Shown: piece after piece, positions 10,874 to 23,919 of the stretch | Position numbering within the stretch: position 1 is the first letter of the stretch | How the letters are laid out: every line of letters starts with the position of its first letter | From: Flectonema sp. DT1601 | Lineage: Eukaryota | Direction: 5' to 3' | DNA: 64,000 bases | Assembly (NCBI GenBank): GCA_964019425.1 | Contig: OZ025797.1 | Span: forward strand, 1,240,001-1,304,000 | The notes under the pieces: model-generated | The model's database searches: none | What the model saw: the letters and a program-made list of their open reading frames with translations, nothing else | What the model was told of the DNA's origin: nothing | Translations under genes and position numbers: made by a program

Positions 10874-12872
10874 AGTGACCTGAGATTCTTTTTGAAAAAA
10901 AAAATTTAACTTCATTTTTTGTGCAACTAGTTAGTTGCAGTTTTTTTTTCTTTTTTTTTTTTTTTTAGTGTTATTTTTTTTTGATATCACGAAAACTTTT
11001 TTGATTTTACTTTTTTACATTTTTTGTTTTCACCATCACGTCCTGTTCTTTTCATTCCCCTAAACAGCTGGTCTTCGGTTGCGATTATACGGCCAGTTGC
11101 CCTGTTAATTTGGTATGCGGCACCTTTCATAGCTAACAATGAATAACGGTTTTGAAATCCCAAAGTATCTCTTTGCTTTCTTCACTGAAGAATGTAAGGG
11201 TCTAATAGCCAGAATTCTTTTGGCCCGAAAAAAAAACTGTTGTTTTTTTTTTTTGTGAATCTCCCTCTATGGAATTATTTCATCACTTGTTTTCAACCTG
11301 TTAGTCTCTGGCGAGGTGGACAGCTGGGAATTGTTCATTCCGGCTGAAGCTATAGAAACACAATCTCCGTGACTGAGTCCTTTACTGTCCTCCGAAGTTA
11401 TCAGTTCTGTACTTGCTGGCTAATCAATTAACAAGTTATTATCGCCTTGTGGCTGTCTTGCCAGTATTGTTGTGTTCAAATAGCTGTTGTTGTGCAAGCT
11501 GACATTTGTTTTCTCATTGTATTATTATGTTGTATTGATCCAATTTTTTTTATTTAATTTTTTTTTTTTTTTTTATAGTCAAGTACATTTTTTGCTATCA
11601 AAACAAAACAATAAGGGGAGACAAAAAAAAAAAAAAAAAATGGTATAAAACTATAGTTAACACGTGTGATTAATTTTATATCATTTCTGAGTGTTGCTTC
11701 TCAACCGATTTTGTAAACCTCTTGGCCGTTGTGCTGTTTTTTCGGTTTAAGGCAACAATGAGCACGAAGAAGGTTTCTTTTTTTTCTCTTTTTTTGTTGT
11801 TGTTTTGCTTTTTTCCCCCCCTGTGAACGTTTTTTTCATAATATTATGTACCTTTATTTATCTGTTTAGATTAGTTGTTTACAAACAGATAGTTATAATT
11901 TAAAAACTGTAGACTGCAGGACATGCTGGACCTGTAACACGTGCCCCCTTTTCATGACAAATTGGTTTGGTTGACCCTTATTGTTGCTTTATATTTACAG
12001 TATCAAGTTACTCAAACCCTTTTATTATTGAAGCTGCCCAAGAATACCTTATTAAACGAGTTCTCGTTTTCCTCCTTTAAAAAAGGGATTTTTTTTTTTT
12101 TTTTTGCATTGACCGTCTTGCACTGACAAGTCACCAAAAACTAAGTATGAAACCAGTTAATTATTTTTAATACTTTTTTTTGTAACAACTATTTTTTTTT
12201 TGTAGAAGCAATTAGAGTTATTGTCAGTGATTGTTCACAAACAAAACAACTCTGTTGATTCAATTTATTTTTTGCTATTCGTGTTGCCAAAATTATTATA
12301 GTACTTTTTTTTTTTTAAAGTTTTCGGTAAGCGCCCCCTTTGTGACAGTTGTTGCTTGAGACAATTAAAAGGGGAGGGGAGGGGTGAGCTTATGTCATGT
12401 TTTTTTTCCGATTTTTTTTTTTTTTTAAATATTTTCTTTCGTGGTATGGCGGTATTTTAACACACGTATTACTTTGTGAAGAATTGTTACTCCAATCCCC
12501 AAACGAAACCCACTATATCATTTTTTTTTTTTTTTCCCTCCAAAAACCTTCTTTCAAATCTCTGAGTATTCAAAACTATAAAAACAAATTATATCGGAGC
12601 AGTAATGAGTGATTATCATTACAGCTCCCATTGGTATTTATATTTATTATTGTTGATGAGGTCAACTAAAGTAGGTTTTCTTTTCTTTTTTTTTTTTTTT
12701 TTAAATATTTTATGTGATTTTTGATTACTGAAATTCTTCTTCTTCCCCACAGTTAACTTTTGACACATACCCATGAATTTATATAATTGTGAGTATGCTG
12801 GAGTTGAATTGAATTGTTTGTGTTCACAGACTGAGGTCTTTATTTATTTTCACAGTTATCACTAATTTTAAA

Positions 12873-14018
12873 ATGTCCAACCAAACTTTATCATCAGTCG
12901 CTGGGGAGTTGATGTTGTCGAATGAGATGATTGATTACCTCTACAGGTTTAGGATGTCGATATTCGCAGGAAGTATTGCAATTGTAGCGGTATTATTTTC
13001 AACTTTGAGAGTGTTGTTGTCGGAATGGCTGGGAGAGAAAAAGGGATCGATCCTGAGAACTCGTCCTGCAGGAGTGACTAACGATGATGCTCGAAAATAT
13101 GTAATGATATGCGTAACTGTGACAGCTGTCTTTTGTTACATTCAAGATCCAATCGTTTCTCATCCACTTGCTGTAGGAACACCAGCCTACCTTGAACCAG
13201 CTGACCGTTTAAGTTCCGTTGAAAACCGTTTCACTAATTTTGTGGTCGGTCTCATTCTGTCAACAATCGTGTACAAGCTTGCTCTTCCTGTTATTAAGAA
13301 ATTCATTTCAGCTGATCAGGCGGACGCACAGGCAGCAAACGTTGTTCGTGTCGGTATCAAACTTTCACTTTTAATTTGGTTCTTTGGAATAAACTGCAGT
13401 CCTGTTAAGGCGATCCTATTATCAAAACCTGGTGAGTTATCTGAACCACATTTTGAATGTCAGATGATTGCAATTCAAGTGATGGCTATCTTGTATGTCT
13501 GGGAGTTAATGTTCAGAGAACTAAAACCAATCAACGTTGCTCATCACGCATACACTATTGCTTCTTGTTGGGCAATGTTGGAATGGCTTCCGATTGATCA
13601 ACCTGTTAGACAAATTGGTATCATCCCAATCGCTGGTTCCCTCATTGAGTCTGTCTGCTGTATTGGTACCATGTGTTACAGATTCTTAGCTCCATCAAAG
13701 CAGCTTTCAAAGCTTCTTGTAGGTGAGGGATACTTTGTTATTGTTGCTTACAACTTGTTGGCAGTTTCATTCTTCAGTCTTATGTACGCATTCCACAACT
13801 ACTACTCTACAATTATGTCTGTTTCTTTGTGTGGTGTGTATTTGTTTACGTACCCAGCACAGATGAACATGGCAAAGATGTTCTTTGCTCTTGCTCGTAA
13901 GACCAGAGCTAACCAAAGGGCAGCACAAGAACAGAGACGTACTATAAACGACTCAGCAAGTGTGGTGTCTGCTGATACTTCAGTCCAAAGAAGAAACGTT
14001 CCACAACACGTTCGTTAA
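12873..14018 (+). CDS. Multi-pass membrane protein, possibly TLC (TRAM/LAG1/CLN8)-like
   Basis: 381-aa ORF with many hydrophobic helices and a YVWEL...VAHH motif; family assignment tentative. Confidence 0.7.
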   Translation: MSNQTLSSVAGELMLSNEMIDYLYRFRMSIFAGSIAIVAVLFSTLRVLLSEWLGEKKGSILRTRPAGVTNDDARKYVMICVTVTAVFCYIQDPIVSHPLAVGTPAYLEPADRLSSVENRFTNFVVGLILSTIVYKLALPVIKKFISADQADAQAANVVRVGIKLSLLIWFFGINCSPVKAILLSKPGELSEPHFECQMIAIQVMAILYVWELMFRELKPINVAHHAYTIASCWAMLEWLPIDQPVRQIGIIPIAGSLIESVCCIGTMCYRFLAPSKQLSKLLVGEGYFVIVAYNLLAVSFFSLMYAFHNYYSTIMSVSLCGVYLFTYPAQMNMAKMFFALARKTRANQRAAQEQRRTINDSASVVSADTSVQRRNVPQHVR

Positions 14019-15969
14019 GAATTTGAAACGTATTTTAAAGTTGAATTACGTTTACACGGATGAGGTAATTAAAGCTGGATGCACAAGACCTAGCGAGACA
14101 CTGTGTGGAAGAGGGTTGTTGTGTTGTTTACCATAAGAGGAAACCTTTCTCCAAATTGCTGCCGTCAGTATTATTATTTCTCTTTTTTTTCCTTCTTCTT
14201 CTTGTTCTTGTTCTTCATCTTCCCTTCATTTCGGCAAGATGAAAAAAGGAAGAATAAACACCCTCCGAGTGCAATGTCGTTTCCTGGAAATGACATTTTT
14301 TGTTTTGTTGTTTTTGATAACGGTGTTTGTTTCTTTTTTGTCTTCCTTTTGGACTTTTTTTTTTTTTTTTTTTTATTTTTATTTTTTTTTTATATTAATT
14401 GCCTTTTGTTTCTTCGGCAATAATCTCCGAGTGCTGGGCAAAATTAATGATTTTTATGTTATTTTTTTTGCTTATTCTAATTTGGATGTTGTCTTCTTTT
14501 TTGTTTCCTTCCACGATCGTTTTTATTCCCCCAAATATTTAAAAAAAAAAAAAAAAAAGACATCAATATCCCAGTGTCAGGTGTCATGATAGTGGAATTC
14601 GATTCAACTCAACTCAGGGATGTCTTTTTATTGTGGTTGTTTGTTTTCGGTGATATCAGATTATACTTTTGATAAATTATTGCTGAATGTTACAACTATT
14701 GTTATGTGTCTTCTGAGAGGAAACTTTCAGTCCAGTGTTGTTATGTGGTTTTTTCTTTTTACTTCCCTACTTCCAAGCCAATCTTAGTCATCGCTTAGCC
14801 AGGGCTGGGTGAAGTGGTGTTGGATTAGAGTGAGGAAAAAAAGGGAGGAAAAAAAAAAAAAAAAAAAAAAAAAGCCTGTCAGCTATTCCCCCACCCAGAA
14901 CTAATGTTAAAATATCGTTATGTTATTTATGATATAACGAACAGTTGATCCATTCTTGTCTCCCTAACGTGCTCACCCGACAGGTTCTCACTAGTTGGTT
15001 GTCAGTTTGTTTATTGATTGAGTGAACTAGGCGTTCACTCATTTGCGTCTTCCAGCAATTAATTACTACAGCCGCTACAAAGTTTCTCTCGGGGTACAGA
15101 GCGCATTGAGAGGCAGGAACCTACATATGAGAATTATTTTTTTAATCAATTCTCTCTTTTCAGACTCAGTCTCTGTAATTATTCTATTCTGGAGCTCGCT
15201 TTCTTTTACTTCCCTCCCTTTCATTGATTATATTGTGGAGTCTTTAAGACATTATTGATGTAAATTATTTACGTCAATTACGGAGTGTTTGCGTCAACTG
15301 TATCAGAACTAGTGGTGTTTAGTTTATATCGATACGTTGCTGAGATCTTTATATTCGTCTGTCTATTCTAAAATATTGTCCCCTTTTTTTTCATTAATTA
15401 TAATGTAGAGTCAGTGTGTTTACCTTATTACGGGTAATGCTCAAAAAAAAAATTCCCTTCATTATTTTTTTCTTGTCTCCGAGTGTCGTTGTATTCTTTT
15501 TTTTAGTGGTTCTAAAGTAAAACCCGCCCTATCATGTCTATGGCCTTCGTCGTATTTATTGTGGTTGTTGTGCATTACAGGTATGTCTAAAATAGTTGTT
15601 GTGGTCTGCATCGAAAATAGACAGGTTTTTGTTTTGTTGATGATGATTTTTCTTTTTTTTTTGCGCAAAGTATTTTTAAAACCCAAAGGAATAACTTTAT
15701 GCAAATAAAAAAAGCGAAACAAAACCAATTTTATCGGTGTGGAAAAACATTATACTACCCTGAACACCTCTCTTAAGTTTTTAAAAAAAAAAATAGTATA
15801 CTTTTTTTTTTCCATCGATTTTTTCTCCTTTGTGTTTTTCCAGACGTGATATCTGTAGAGTGGTATTGTTATCAACATTTTCCTTCTGCCCTTTGTGTTG
15901 TTGTCGTGTTTGCAATAAGTTGTGGTCTGCTTGCATCATGATTACTATTATTCCACTAGATTGGTTGAC

Positions 15970-16006
<37 letters not shown>

Positions 16007-17769
16007 AATTGCCAATTTCAACTTCTAGCTCTTACAGTCTTTGGCCAATTAAATAAATAAAAATTAAAAAAACAAAACATACGATTATGAGATCTCGACT
16101 AATTCGAGACTGGTCATTCGAACTCTCTTTATTCATCAAAGTCGCTTATTTTATCTTCGCGTGCGTGCTTTTGAAAATTGTTGTTATAATTCTCTCTTGC
16201 ACAACATGTTGTATCCACATCACAAGGGTGATCACTGCTCCTCTTATAAAATAATAAAAAATGCTATCTTTTAGTTTTTTTCACCACTCTCATCCTTTTT
16301 TTTTATTTTTTTTTTTAAAAATCCCCTCTAACTTTATTTACAGTACATCAAGGTTACCCTCGGTAGCAGTAACGTCTTTGTGAGCTGTTCTGTGTTCGAA
16401 AAAAAAAAAAAAAAACCCTTCATTTTTTTTTTTTTTTTTTTTTGTTGTTTCCTACTCAGCGGACTGGATTAAAAAAAAACCTTAATCAGCTATTATGCAA
16501 TATGTTGGTAGTCTTTGCTTTTTCTGTAAGGTTGGTTCTTAGGTACTTTGTACCTTGAAAATTATCTCGCAATTTGAAGGCTCCGTTCTTTTTTTTTTTT
16601 TTTACTTTTGCTGATGACCGTGCTTGTCAGTGAGAGAAAAAAAGGAAGTGGATAAGTAGAAACAAAAAAACAAAAAAAAAAAAATAAGGGAAAAATGAAA
16701 AATTTTGTGTGGAATGAATGTAGCAGCCATTTTTTGGACTCGTGGGAAGAAGGAATGAGAAAGATAAATAACTACACCAAGGGAAAAAAAAAAAAAAAAA
16801 AAAAAAAGAAGCGCAATAACCCCTTTTCTTCCTGAAATGGAAAAAACTGTGCCCGCGTGAGCGACTTCCAGGGAATGTTATCGAAGGCCGCTGGTGGAGA
16901 GAAGCAGTTGCCTCTTAGCGTTGTCAATAGTTGCGGTATTTTCTTTTGTGAAACGTTTTCTTTTTTTTTCCCTAATTTTTATAGTTCTCCAATTCCACCT
17001 CACCGCTTTGTCCTCAGCCTCTCATGTCTTCTTTTTTTGTTTTCTTCCCCTTTCCTGTGGAGACAGGAACCCACACGTTCCGACAAGTTGTCATTAAGAC
17101 TTCCTATAGTTTCCTGTTTGGTGGAAATAGTTGAACCTCGAGAGTAATCTCTAGGGGCAACATGTTTCTCTCTTTGTGTTTCTTCTTTTTATATTTTTTC
17201 CTTGTCCCTTGTTGTTCTATTGCCTTTTGTGTGCAAGAAGGGGGAAAAGAGTACTCTCTCGAAGCACCTTCCAGAATGGTGTTTGTCAGTAATATTGTAA
17301 CCCAGACAGGCTTGGAGTGACAAGAGAAACATTCATACATCCCTATTATAAGTGAAGTTGGATTGAGTCTTGACACTCTGACAGGTAAGTAATCTACGGA
17401 ATTAATTGGGAACATAATAAATAATTTTTCTTTTTTGTCACTTACAGCACTGTTCATGTTTGTGTTTCAAAAAAAAGAAAAAGAAAAAAGACTATTGAGC
17501 GCATTTTACCGTTTGTCGTTTACAACGTTCTTACGGAGAACAACACCCATGTTGCCTCAGCTAACGTTCCTTTTTTTTCTTTTCTTTGTCTTTTCCCTTC
17601 ACACGTATTATTTATGTTGGCCTGTTCAGTTAGTAATTACCGTCACGTTCTATAGGAAATATATTACTCTGAGACATGTGAAAAAAAGTTTTTATTTTAT
17701 TGTATAGTCATCATTCGGTGTTTTCATTCCTTTTTCTTTTAATAAAACTAAACAGACGATGAATTCTTT

Positions 17770-18426
17770 ATGAAAATATCAAGTTATATCCTATTGCAGT
17801 ATCACTGCTCGTTGAGGTTGATCTGTATTGGAGGTGTCATTGGAAGTGGTGTTCGTTTTAGTAGAAAAGCATCTGATGGCTTCTATCACATTCACAACCC
17901 CAGTAATGGAGCTATTTGGTTATTATCTATAACAATGGCTGTCTTGGTTTTGAGTTTCATTGTGGTTCCTGTAAGGCTTCATTTCAGACCAGAACCACCT
18001 ATTGATGAAAGAGTAAAAAGACTTATTAAAAATAAAACACAACGGGCACTTGATATTATTGCGATTCCGTTTTTCTTGTTCGGACTGATTGCTGGTGTGC
18101 TGTCAACGAATGACATTGGATGGGCTGTTTCCGATGCGGTTTCTTGTCTTAGCCTTGGTTTTCTTATATGGTGTGTGTGGTCATTTGTAGAAAGTATGGA
18201 AACATGTATGTCGCAGGGTGTTAATAAAAATGATAAAAATGCTAAAGTTGCAATCTCTGTTGAAACTCGATCAAATCACAGAATTGTTTCTCGTCTTCAT
18301 GAGAATGAAACTCCCGCAGAGCGCATTCTCCATCAAAAACAATCTCAAACTCAACGACCTCGAACGTCACTGCGGCCAAGACAAGTTCGCAACCCACTCG
18401 AATTCAATTCAGTCTGCGCTAGATAG
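17770..18426 (+). CDS. Hypothetical small membrane protein (true start may be on an upstream exon)
   Basis: 218-aa ORF with ~4 hydrophobic segments, embedded in low-complexity intergenic DNA. Confidence 0.55.
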   Translation: MKISSYILLQYHCSLRLICIGGVIGSGVRFSRKASDGFYHIHNPSNGAIWLLSITMAVLVLSFIVVPVRLHFRPEPPIDERVKRLIKNKTQRALDIIAIPFFLFGLIAGVLSTNDIGWAVSDAVSCLSLGFLIWCVWSFVESMETCMSQGVNKNDKNAKVAISVETRSNHRIVSRLHENETPAERILHQKQSQTQRPRTSLRPRQVRNPLEFNSVCAR

Positions 18427-18776
18427 CCATCCAGAGATACAGAGACACAGAGATACAGACTTATTCAATGTATTAGTTATTGTACATTGAACTGCGTGAC
18501 TTCTGCCACGTCATCTCACACAAGATGATATCCACCTCTGTTTACTATCCCACAGTTGATCACTGTATCTATACAGGTCTTTTATTATTTGGTTTGTTTT
18601 TAGCAAGAGTTTCAGTTCGTCTTTTTTTGTTGCCGTCAACAGTCTTTACCACTTCTGATTATTAACATATCACTTTATAGGATTGTGAACCATAATATGG
18701 AAGTAAGAAAAACAAAGAAACGATGGCTAGGATGGTGAGAGTAATTATTGTTATTTCTTTAATCAGTTTTATATAA

Positions 18777-20243
18777 ATGATGAATATCGATGATATGGTG
18801 AGACAGGCAAAGACCGATGCCGAAAACGTTCTCAGAAGTGAATTAGGAGCTGCTCGCTACCAGGTGATGCTGGACTGCGCAAAACGTGACACTGACACTG
18901 CGAGGAATGATGTCGTTCAACTTAGTGAAAGCGTGGCAAGATGTAGAGAACTAACTAGGAGAAGGACACTGGACCATGCTAAAAATATTGAAGAAAGCGG
19001 GAAACTGATGGCTGCAAAACACGCTTATGAAAGTCAATTAGAACGAGCACAGAAGACCAAAACAACTCTAGCAGCTGAGGTACACACAACTCAGATTGAA
19101 TCAACTCGTCACAATTCTTTATTAGAACGCTATTCATTAGAACTTAAAGAGAGTACTGCAGCTGAGATAACAGCGAAACAAGAACTTCTCTCGTCTGAAA
19201 CCAAACTCTCTGATGTTCTATCTCGGCTACGAACAGCTCACACAGCCTTGGATGTCGCAGAAACGAATAACCACCAACTCATAAGTGACATTGCGGCACT
19301 GGCTGAAGCCGCAGGTTCATCAAAGGCAACAATCCACAATTCTATAAAGTTACTCGATGACTCAAAGCAACAAGATGATCAAAGTAATATAACTCATGCT
19401 GAAAGTCAGCAAGCTGTGGTCATCTGCTCAACTAAACTTCAAACACAAGAAGGTGTACTTGCGAGTTCTGAAACCCGACTTGCGGAACTAATCGCAGAGT
19501 TGAGAGCACAAGAACATGAAGTAGCGAGACAACGAGATTTAACAAATAAAGCGGCAATCGAATTAAGTGAATCTCAGAATAGTGAAAGAGTTGCGTCACA
19601 AGTTTCACTTGATTGTCATCGACGGGTTCACATCGCTGAAGATACTTTAGCAAAGGCTAATTTAGATTTTGATCACATTATGTCCAGAGAGAAGGATCTC
19701 GCTCTTAAAGCAGAGCCTTCAAAGATTCAATTACAGAATTGTTCTGATTCGTACAACACTTTATGTTCTGAGCTTGAGTCAGTAAAATCTGAGGCAACCG
19801 TCTTGCAGGAAAGCGCAAAGCAATTATCTGATTTCGTTCTGGGAATGCAAACAAAACTATCAGCCCAGCAACACGTCAGCGATGAGATCTTATCCGCATT
19901 GCGAATGTCAGAAATGAATCTCACATCCACATCGGATAATATTGAAATTAAAAAATCTGAATTTGAAAATGTCATTGCTTCCCTTTCTGTCTTAACTGCT
20001 GCAGAGCAATCCACAGCAGTAGAACTGGAGGCTGTCAAGGCGGAGACGCAAAATGCTTCTCAGATGCTTCTGCAGGCTGAGAACTCACTCAGGTCGAAGT
20101 CTGCTGCTGAGAGAGCTCTTTCGGAGGCAGCAATAAAGGCTCTTCATGATGCGGAATTGCAACCATCAGTGCTGCCGATCCCAACTTATGTAGTGCGTCC
20201 TCCTCCGGTAACAATAACATCGCCAACGAGACTGTTCTCTTGA
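18777..20243 (+). CDS. Long coiled-coil protein
   Basis: 488-aa ORF, A/E/L/S/Q-rich heptad-like composition, Pro-rich tail. Confidence 0.8.
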   Translation: MMNIDDMVRQAKTDAENVLRSELGAARYQVMLDCAKRDTDTARNDVVQLSESVARCRELTRRRTLDHAKNIEESGKLMAAKHAYESQLERAQKTKTTLAAEVHTTQIESTRHNSLLERYSLELKESTAAEITAKQELLSSETKLSDVLSRLRTAHTALDVAETNNHQLISDIAALAEAAGSSKATIHNSIKLLDDSKQQDDQSNITHAESQQAVVICSTKLQTQEGVLASSETRLAELIAELRAQEHEVARQRDLTNKAAIELSESQNSERVASQVSLDCHRRVHIAEDTLAKANLDFDHIMSREKDLALKAEPSKIQLQNCSDSYNTLCSELESVKSEATVLQESAKQLSDFVLGMQTKLSAQQHVSDEILSALRMSEMNLTSTSDNIEIKKSEFENVIASLSVLTAAEQSTAVELEAVKAETQNASQMLLQAENSLRSKSAAERALSEAAIKALHDAELQPSVLPIPTYVVRPPPVTITSPTRLFS

Positions 20244-20610
20244 GTTGGTATTCCTCCTTACGAGATGATCGTATCTTTTATTTACTTTACAAAAAAAAAC
20301 AAAAAAACAAAAAAAAAAAAAAAAACTTGTTCCTGTACCTCTCTCACACGTTGTTGAGTCTAAAATATTCTTTTTTATTGTACTCTTGTATTCTTAGCAA
20401 ACCATTGGATTATTCTTGTTTCAAGATTTCTTTTCCTTTTTTCTTCCCTCCATTTGATCAGATACCATCCTCCTTACAGTGATTCGGGTCATCAAAATGG
20501 GGTTTCAGATGTGTGAGTTGCTGTTACTTAGTTAAGAGAAGTTGTGGTTATTATCCTTGTTTTATTTTATCCTCTCCCACAGTTTCCCTTTTCCTTATTT
20601 CACTAACAAG

Positions 20611-21092
20611 ATGATGCGCAGATTCGTTTCAAGAGTTCCAACTAAGAAGTTTGTGAGGTATGACATTGATCCCTTTTAATAATGTTTTTAGATTTTTTTG
20701 TTTTTTCTGTTTAAAAACAACAACAACAACAACACAATACACTAACTAACTAACAATAAGATCATACTTCCTTGACCGTGATGACACCGAAAGACGTGTC
20801 ATCGACTGCGTAAAGAATTTCCAAAAAGTTCCTGCGGACAAGGTCACACCAGCAGCTCACTTTCTTAACGACTTGGGACTTGATAGTTTAGATCAGGTTG
20901 AAGTAGTTATGTCTTTTGAACAAGAATTCTTAATCGATGTACCTGACAGTGAGGTATGCTCTCAGATTTACTTTATCGGATTTATTTTTTTTTAAAAAAG
21001 TGTAATTTAAAAAAAAAAAAAAACAGGCTGAGAAGATCTTGAGTGTAAACGACGCTGTTGAGTACCTTGCGAACCACCCACAGGCAAAGTAG
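20611..21092 (+). CDS. ACP: Mitochondrial acyl carrier protein (exons 20611-20657, 20761-20953, 21027-21092)
   Basis: Spliced product MMRRFVSR...DLGLDSLDQVEVVMSFEQEF.IDVPDSEAEKI.SV.DAVEY; phosphopantetheine Ser motif; two GT-AG introns; absent from the ORF track. Confidence 0.95.
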
Positions 21093-22018
21093 TTTTTTTT
21101 GTTTTTATTTTTTTAAGTGTCGATTCTTACTTTTTTCCCTTTATTTCAAGGTTTTCAATACCGTATCATAGTTTTTTCTTCTTTTCGTTATTTTAGGCAG
21201 TCTAGGCTGTTTGTCAGTGTTTTTTTTTCCTTCTTTTTTTTTTCTGTTTGTTTTTTTTATTGTTGCCCTCTTTTTGTTATTTCGTTATCTGTAGTTTCTT
21301 TTTTTTCTCGTTCCCCTTCTTTTTTTTTTTTTTTTTTTTTTGTTGTCTCCCCTTTGAGAGTTTTTTGGTTAAAAAAAAAAAAGAGAGACGACAACAGCAA
21401 AAAAAAAAAAAAAAGGTTAGAGCAGGTAATCTTTCTGGCTCTCACAGTCTGACTGACCTGGATTATGGTTTTTTCGAAGCACACTGGAAGGAAAAAAAAA
21501 AAAAAAAAAAAAAAATCGTAGCAGCAATTCTCATTGAAGAAAGAGAGAAAAAAAAGTTTCTTTTTGGGAAGGCTTCTTCTGCAAGCATGAGAAGCACCAA
21601 CTTACTTAACGTTACATTGTTTTAAAGTGAACTTTTGGTAAATAGGTCTGTAGAATTACTTTATTTCGCTTTTGTGTACAAAAAAAAAAGGGGGGAAGGG
21701 GGAAAATAAAAAAAACTGGAAAAAAAAAAAAAAAAAAAAAAAAAGGGAATGGCTAGGGGAGAGGAACACAAAATAACAACAAGATAATGCATTTAAAAAA
21801 AAAAAAAAAAAAAAAAATGCAGTGTGGCAGGAGCCCTGTTGGATTCCATTTGTTGTGAGAGTTCAAGAATTAGTATTTCACAACCTTTTTTTTTTTTTTG
21901 AAAACAGAATGAATAAATAAAACGTGTTGAGGTAACGGTTAACGTGTTGAAGTTACGGTTATTTTATTTTATTTTATTTTATTTTATAGTAACTCAGGAG
22001 AGGAGTAGACCAAGTCAT

Positions 22019-23305
22019 ATGGTGCGGCCAGTTGTAGGCGCTTCTAAGAGTCGATTTGCGAGTCCACCGAACATAGGATCCCCAAAGAGTGCGTACCCAA
22101 GAAGTAGAAGACCTAATGATACTAATGTCAAATCAAAACAAATTAAGTCTCCGCCAACTGCACAGGGAGGATACAGAGAGGGTAGGGGAAGATCAAGAAG
22201 CAGAAGTTTCAGTAGAGGCAGACGTAGTCCAGTTCCAGTAGGAAGTGGAAAGTCACCACAAGTAGCTCGCAATAGCGGACGATCATCTCCACTTGACTTA
22301 GATGGAGATTCAAGAAACTCTCAAAGAAGAAATCGTTCTAATAATCGATATCAATCAGTTCCTTCTGTTGGTCACAGTACTAGAAGAGGAAGCTATTCCC
22401 CGAGAGGAAGGTCTCATAGAAGTAGTAAGTCACCAGCTGCATCACCTCAAGGATCTTATAAAGGTCAACCATCACAGCCATCTTATTATCTTCATACTCC
22501 TGCTCCTCTTGGATATGTAAGACAAGGTGAACCTGTTGATGCTGCTGTCTGGGAGAAACCAACTTACACGAATATCAGCAGAACACCTCCAATGGAAGAA
22601 GAGTCTTCACACTACAAGTCAATATCACCAGTCAGATCAATGAGAGGGAATATGATTGTTGAAAGAGTCACTGCTCCTGTAGCTGATGAGACAGAGTTGT
22701 GGGATTTAACAACTCAGGTCGCCAGATTAAAATCTTCACTTAATGATATGAAGAAGAATGATGAAGTCAGAGCTTTACGAAATGAGATCAAACAACTGAA
22801 GATGGGAATGGGAATGCCTCCGCCTACTCAAATAATTCACCAGCCTCCACCTCCTCAGCAGGTTCCACAAGTTATTGTACAGCAGCAATCTCATATGCCT
22901 CCACCACCACATCCTGTTCATCAGCAGCAACAACAACAACAACAGCAACAGCAACAACAACAACAGCAGCAACAGCAACAGCACCTACAGCAACAACAAC
23001 ACCAACTACAACAACTACAGCAACAACAACATCAGCTTCAACAACAACAACTTCAACAACAACAACAACAACAACACCAACAACATACACATCATCAAAT
23101 CGGTATTCCACATCAGCCTTCTCAGTCTCAGCCATTATTCGTGCCAAGTGGCTCAGTGCTTAGGGCACTTTCTCATACTCGCTCTGTGGGTTCGACTCCC
23201 GAAATCGTTGCAGTGGAGACTACACCCATCGGTACTGCTTGGTTTAATCAACTTCCTGCTCCTGCACCACCGTCTCCTGTTCAGATTACGGTACAGAGAT
23301 TCTAA
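22019..23305 (+). CDS. Low-complexity RS-rich / poly-Q protein with short coiled coil
   Basis: Long ORF (tracked from 21944), first ATG 22019; RS/SP-rich N-half, poly-Q near C-terminus. Confidence 0.7.
   Translation: MVRPVVGASKSRFASPPNIGSPKSAYPRSRRPNDTNVKSKQIKSPPTAQGGYREGRGRSRSRSFSRGRRSPVPVGSGKSPQVARNSGRSSPLDLDGDSRNSQRRNRSNNRYQSVPSVGHSTRRGSYSPRGRSHRSSKSPAASPQGSYKGQPSQPSYYLHTPAPLGYVRQGEPVDAAVWEKPTYTNISRTPPMEEESSHYKSISPVRSMRGNMIVERVTAPVADETELWDLTTQVARLKSSLNDMKKNDEVRALRNEIKQLKMGMGMPPPTQIIHQPPPPQQVPQVIVQQQSHMPPPPHPVHQQQQQQQQQQQQQQQQQQQQHLQQQQHQLQQLQQQQHQLQQQQLQQQQQQQHQQHTHHQIGIPHQPSQSQPLFVPSGSVLRALSHTRSVGSTPEIVAVETTPIGTAWFNQLPAPAPPSPVQITVQRF
22922..23085 (+). repeat. (CAA/CAG)n poly-glutamine repeat
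   Basis: Directly visible trinucleotide run. Confidence 0.9.
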
Positions 23306-23584
23306 GATATCGACTGAAGTGAAGAAGGTTTCCACATCAACAACAGTTGTACTTAAGGAGTGAGAACTTCTTAAGTAGGAGTTCAGCTCCAGATTTTGAG
23401 GGTCGTCGGTATTCAGCTGTTAGCGCTGCATGATAGATAGCCACCGTAGTGGCGCCTTTGTAACATTAACTGTAGCGGTAATATTAACTACTAGACTTAT
23501 GTAGTCCAGATTGTTTTATTGTTCCCCTCTCTCACTTTTTGTATTATTCCCTTATTGTAAAAACTAAAAAAAAAAAAAAAAAAA

Positions 23585-23740
23585 AAGAACATATTAGTCC
23601 CCCCTGCCTTCCATTGCTTGTAGGGGTTACTATTTTATTTCCTTCCCTTATGGCTCAATGTTTGTTGTTGCTGTTGGGCTGTTTGTTGTGTTGTAATAAA
23701 TTTGTTATTCATCCACATCTTTGTGTAAACTTCCTTTTTA
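23585..23740 (+). repeat. Direct repeat, copy 1 (copy 2 at ~50271-50410)
   Basis: AAGAACATATTAGTCCCC...GTAATAAATTTGTTATTC...CTTCCTTTTTAG present at both sites. Confidence 0.9.
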
Positions 23741-23919
23741 GAAGTAAAATTGTATCGTTCTCTCGATTGCTCTGTTTTAGTTAAACACTTTTTCCACCTC
23801 TTCAGATGTTGATATCTATTCCTAACTGATGATGCTGTCTTATCGTTGGTCTTTTATTATAAACTAAACACAATAAACATATCTACTCGCATTCGATGGT
23901 AACAACAAATTAAAATAAT

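Noticed and set aside
11395..11420. Spliced-leader-like CAGTTCTGTACTT
   Set aside because: Match too short and imperfect; no SL exon or donor context
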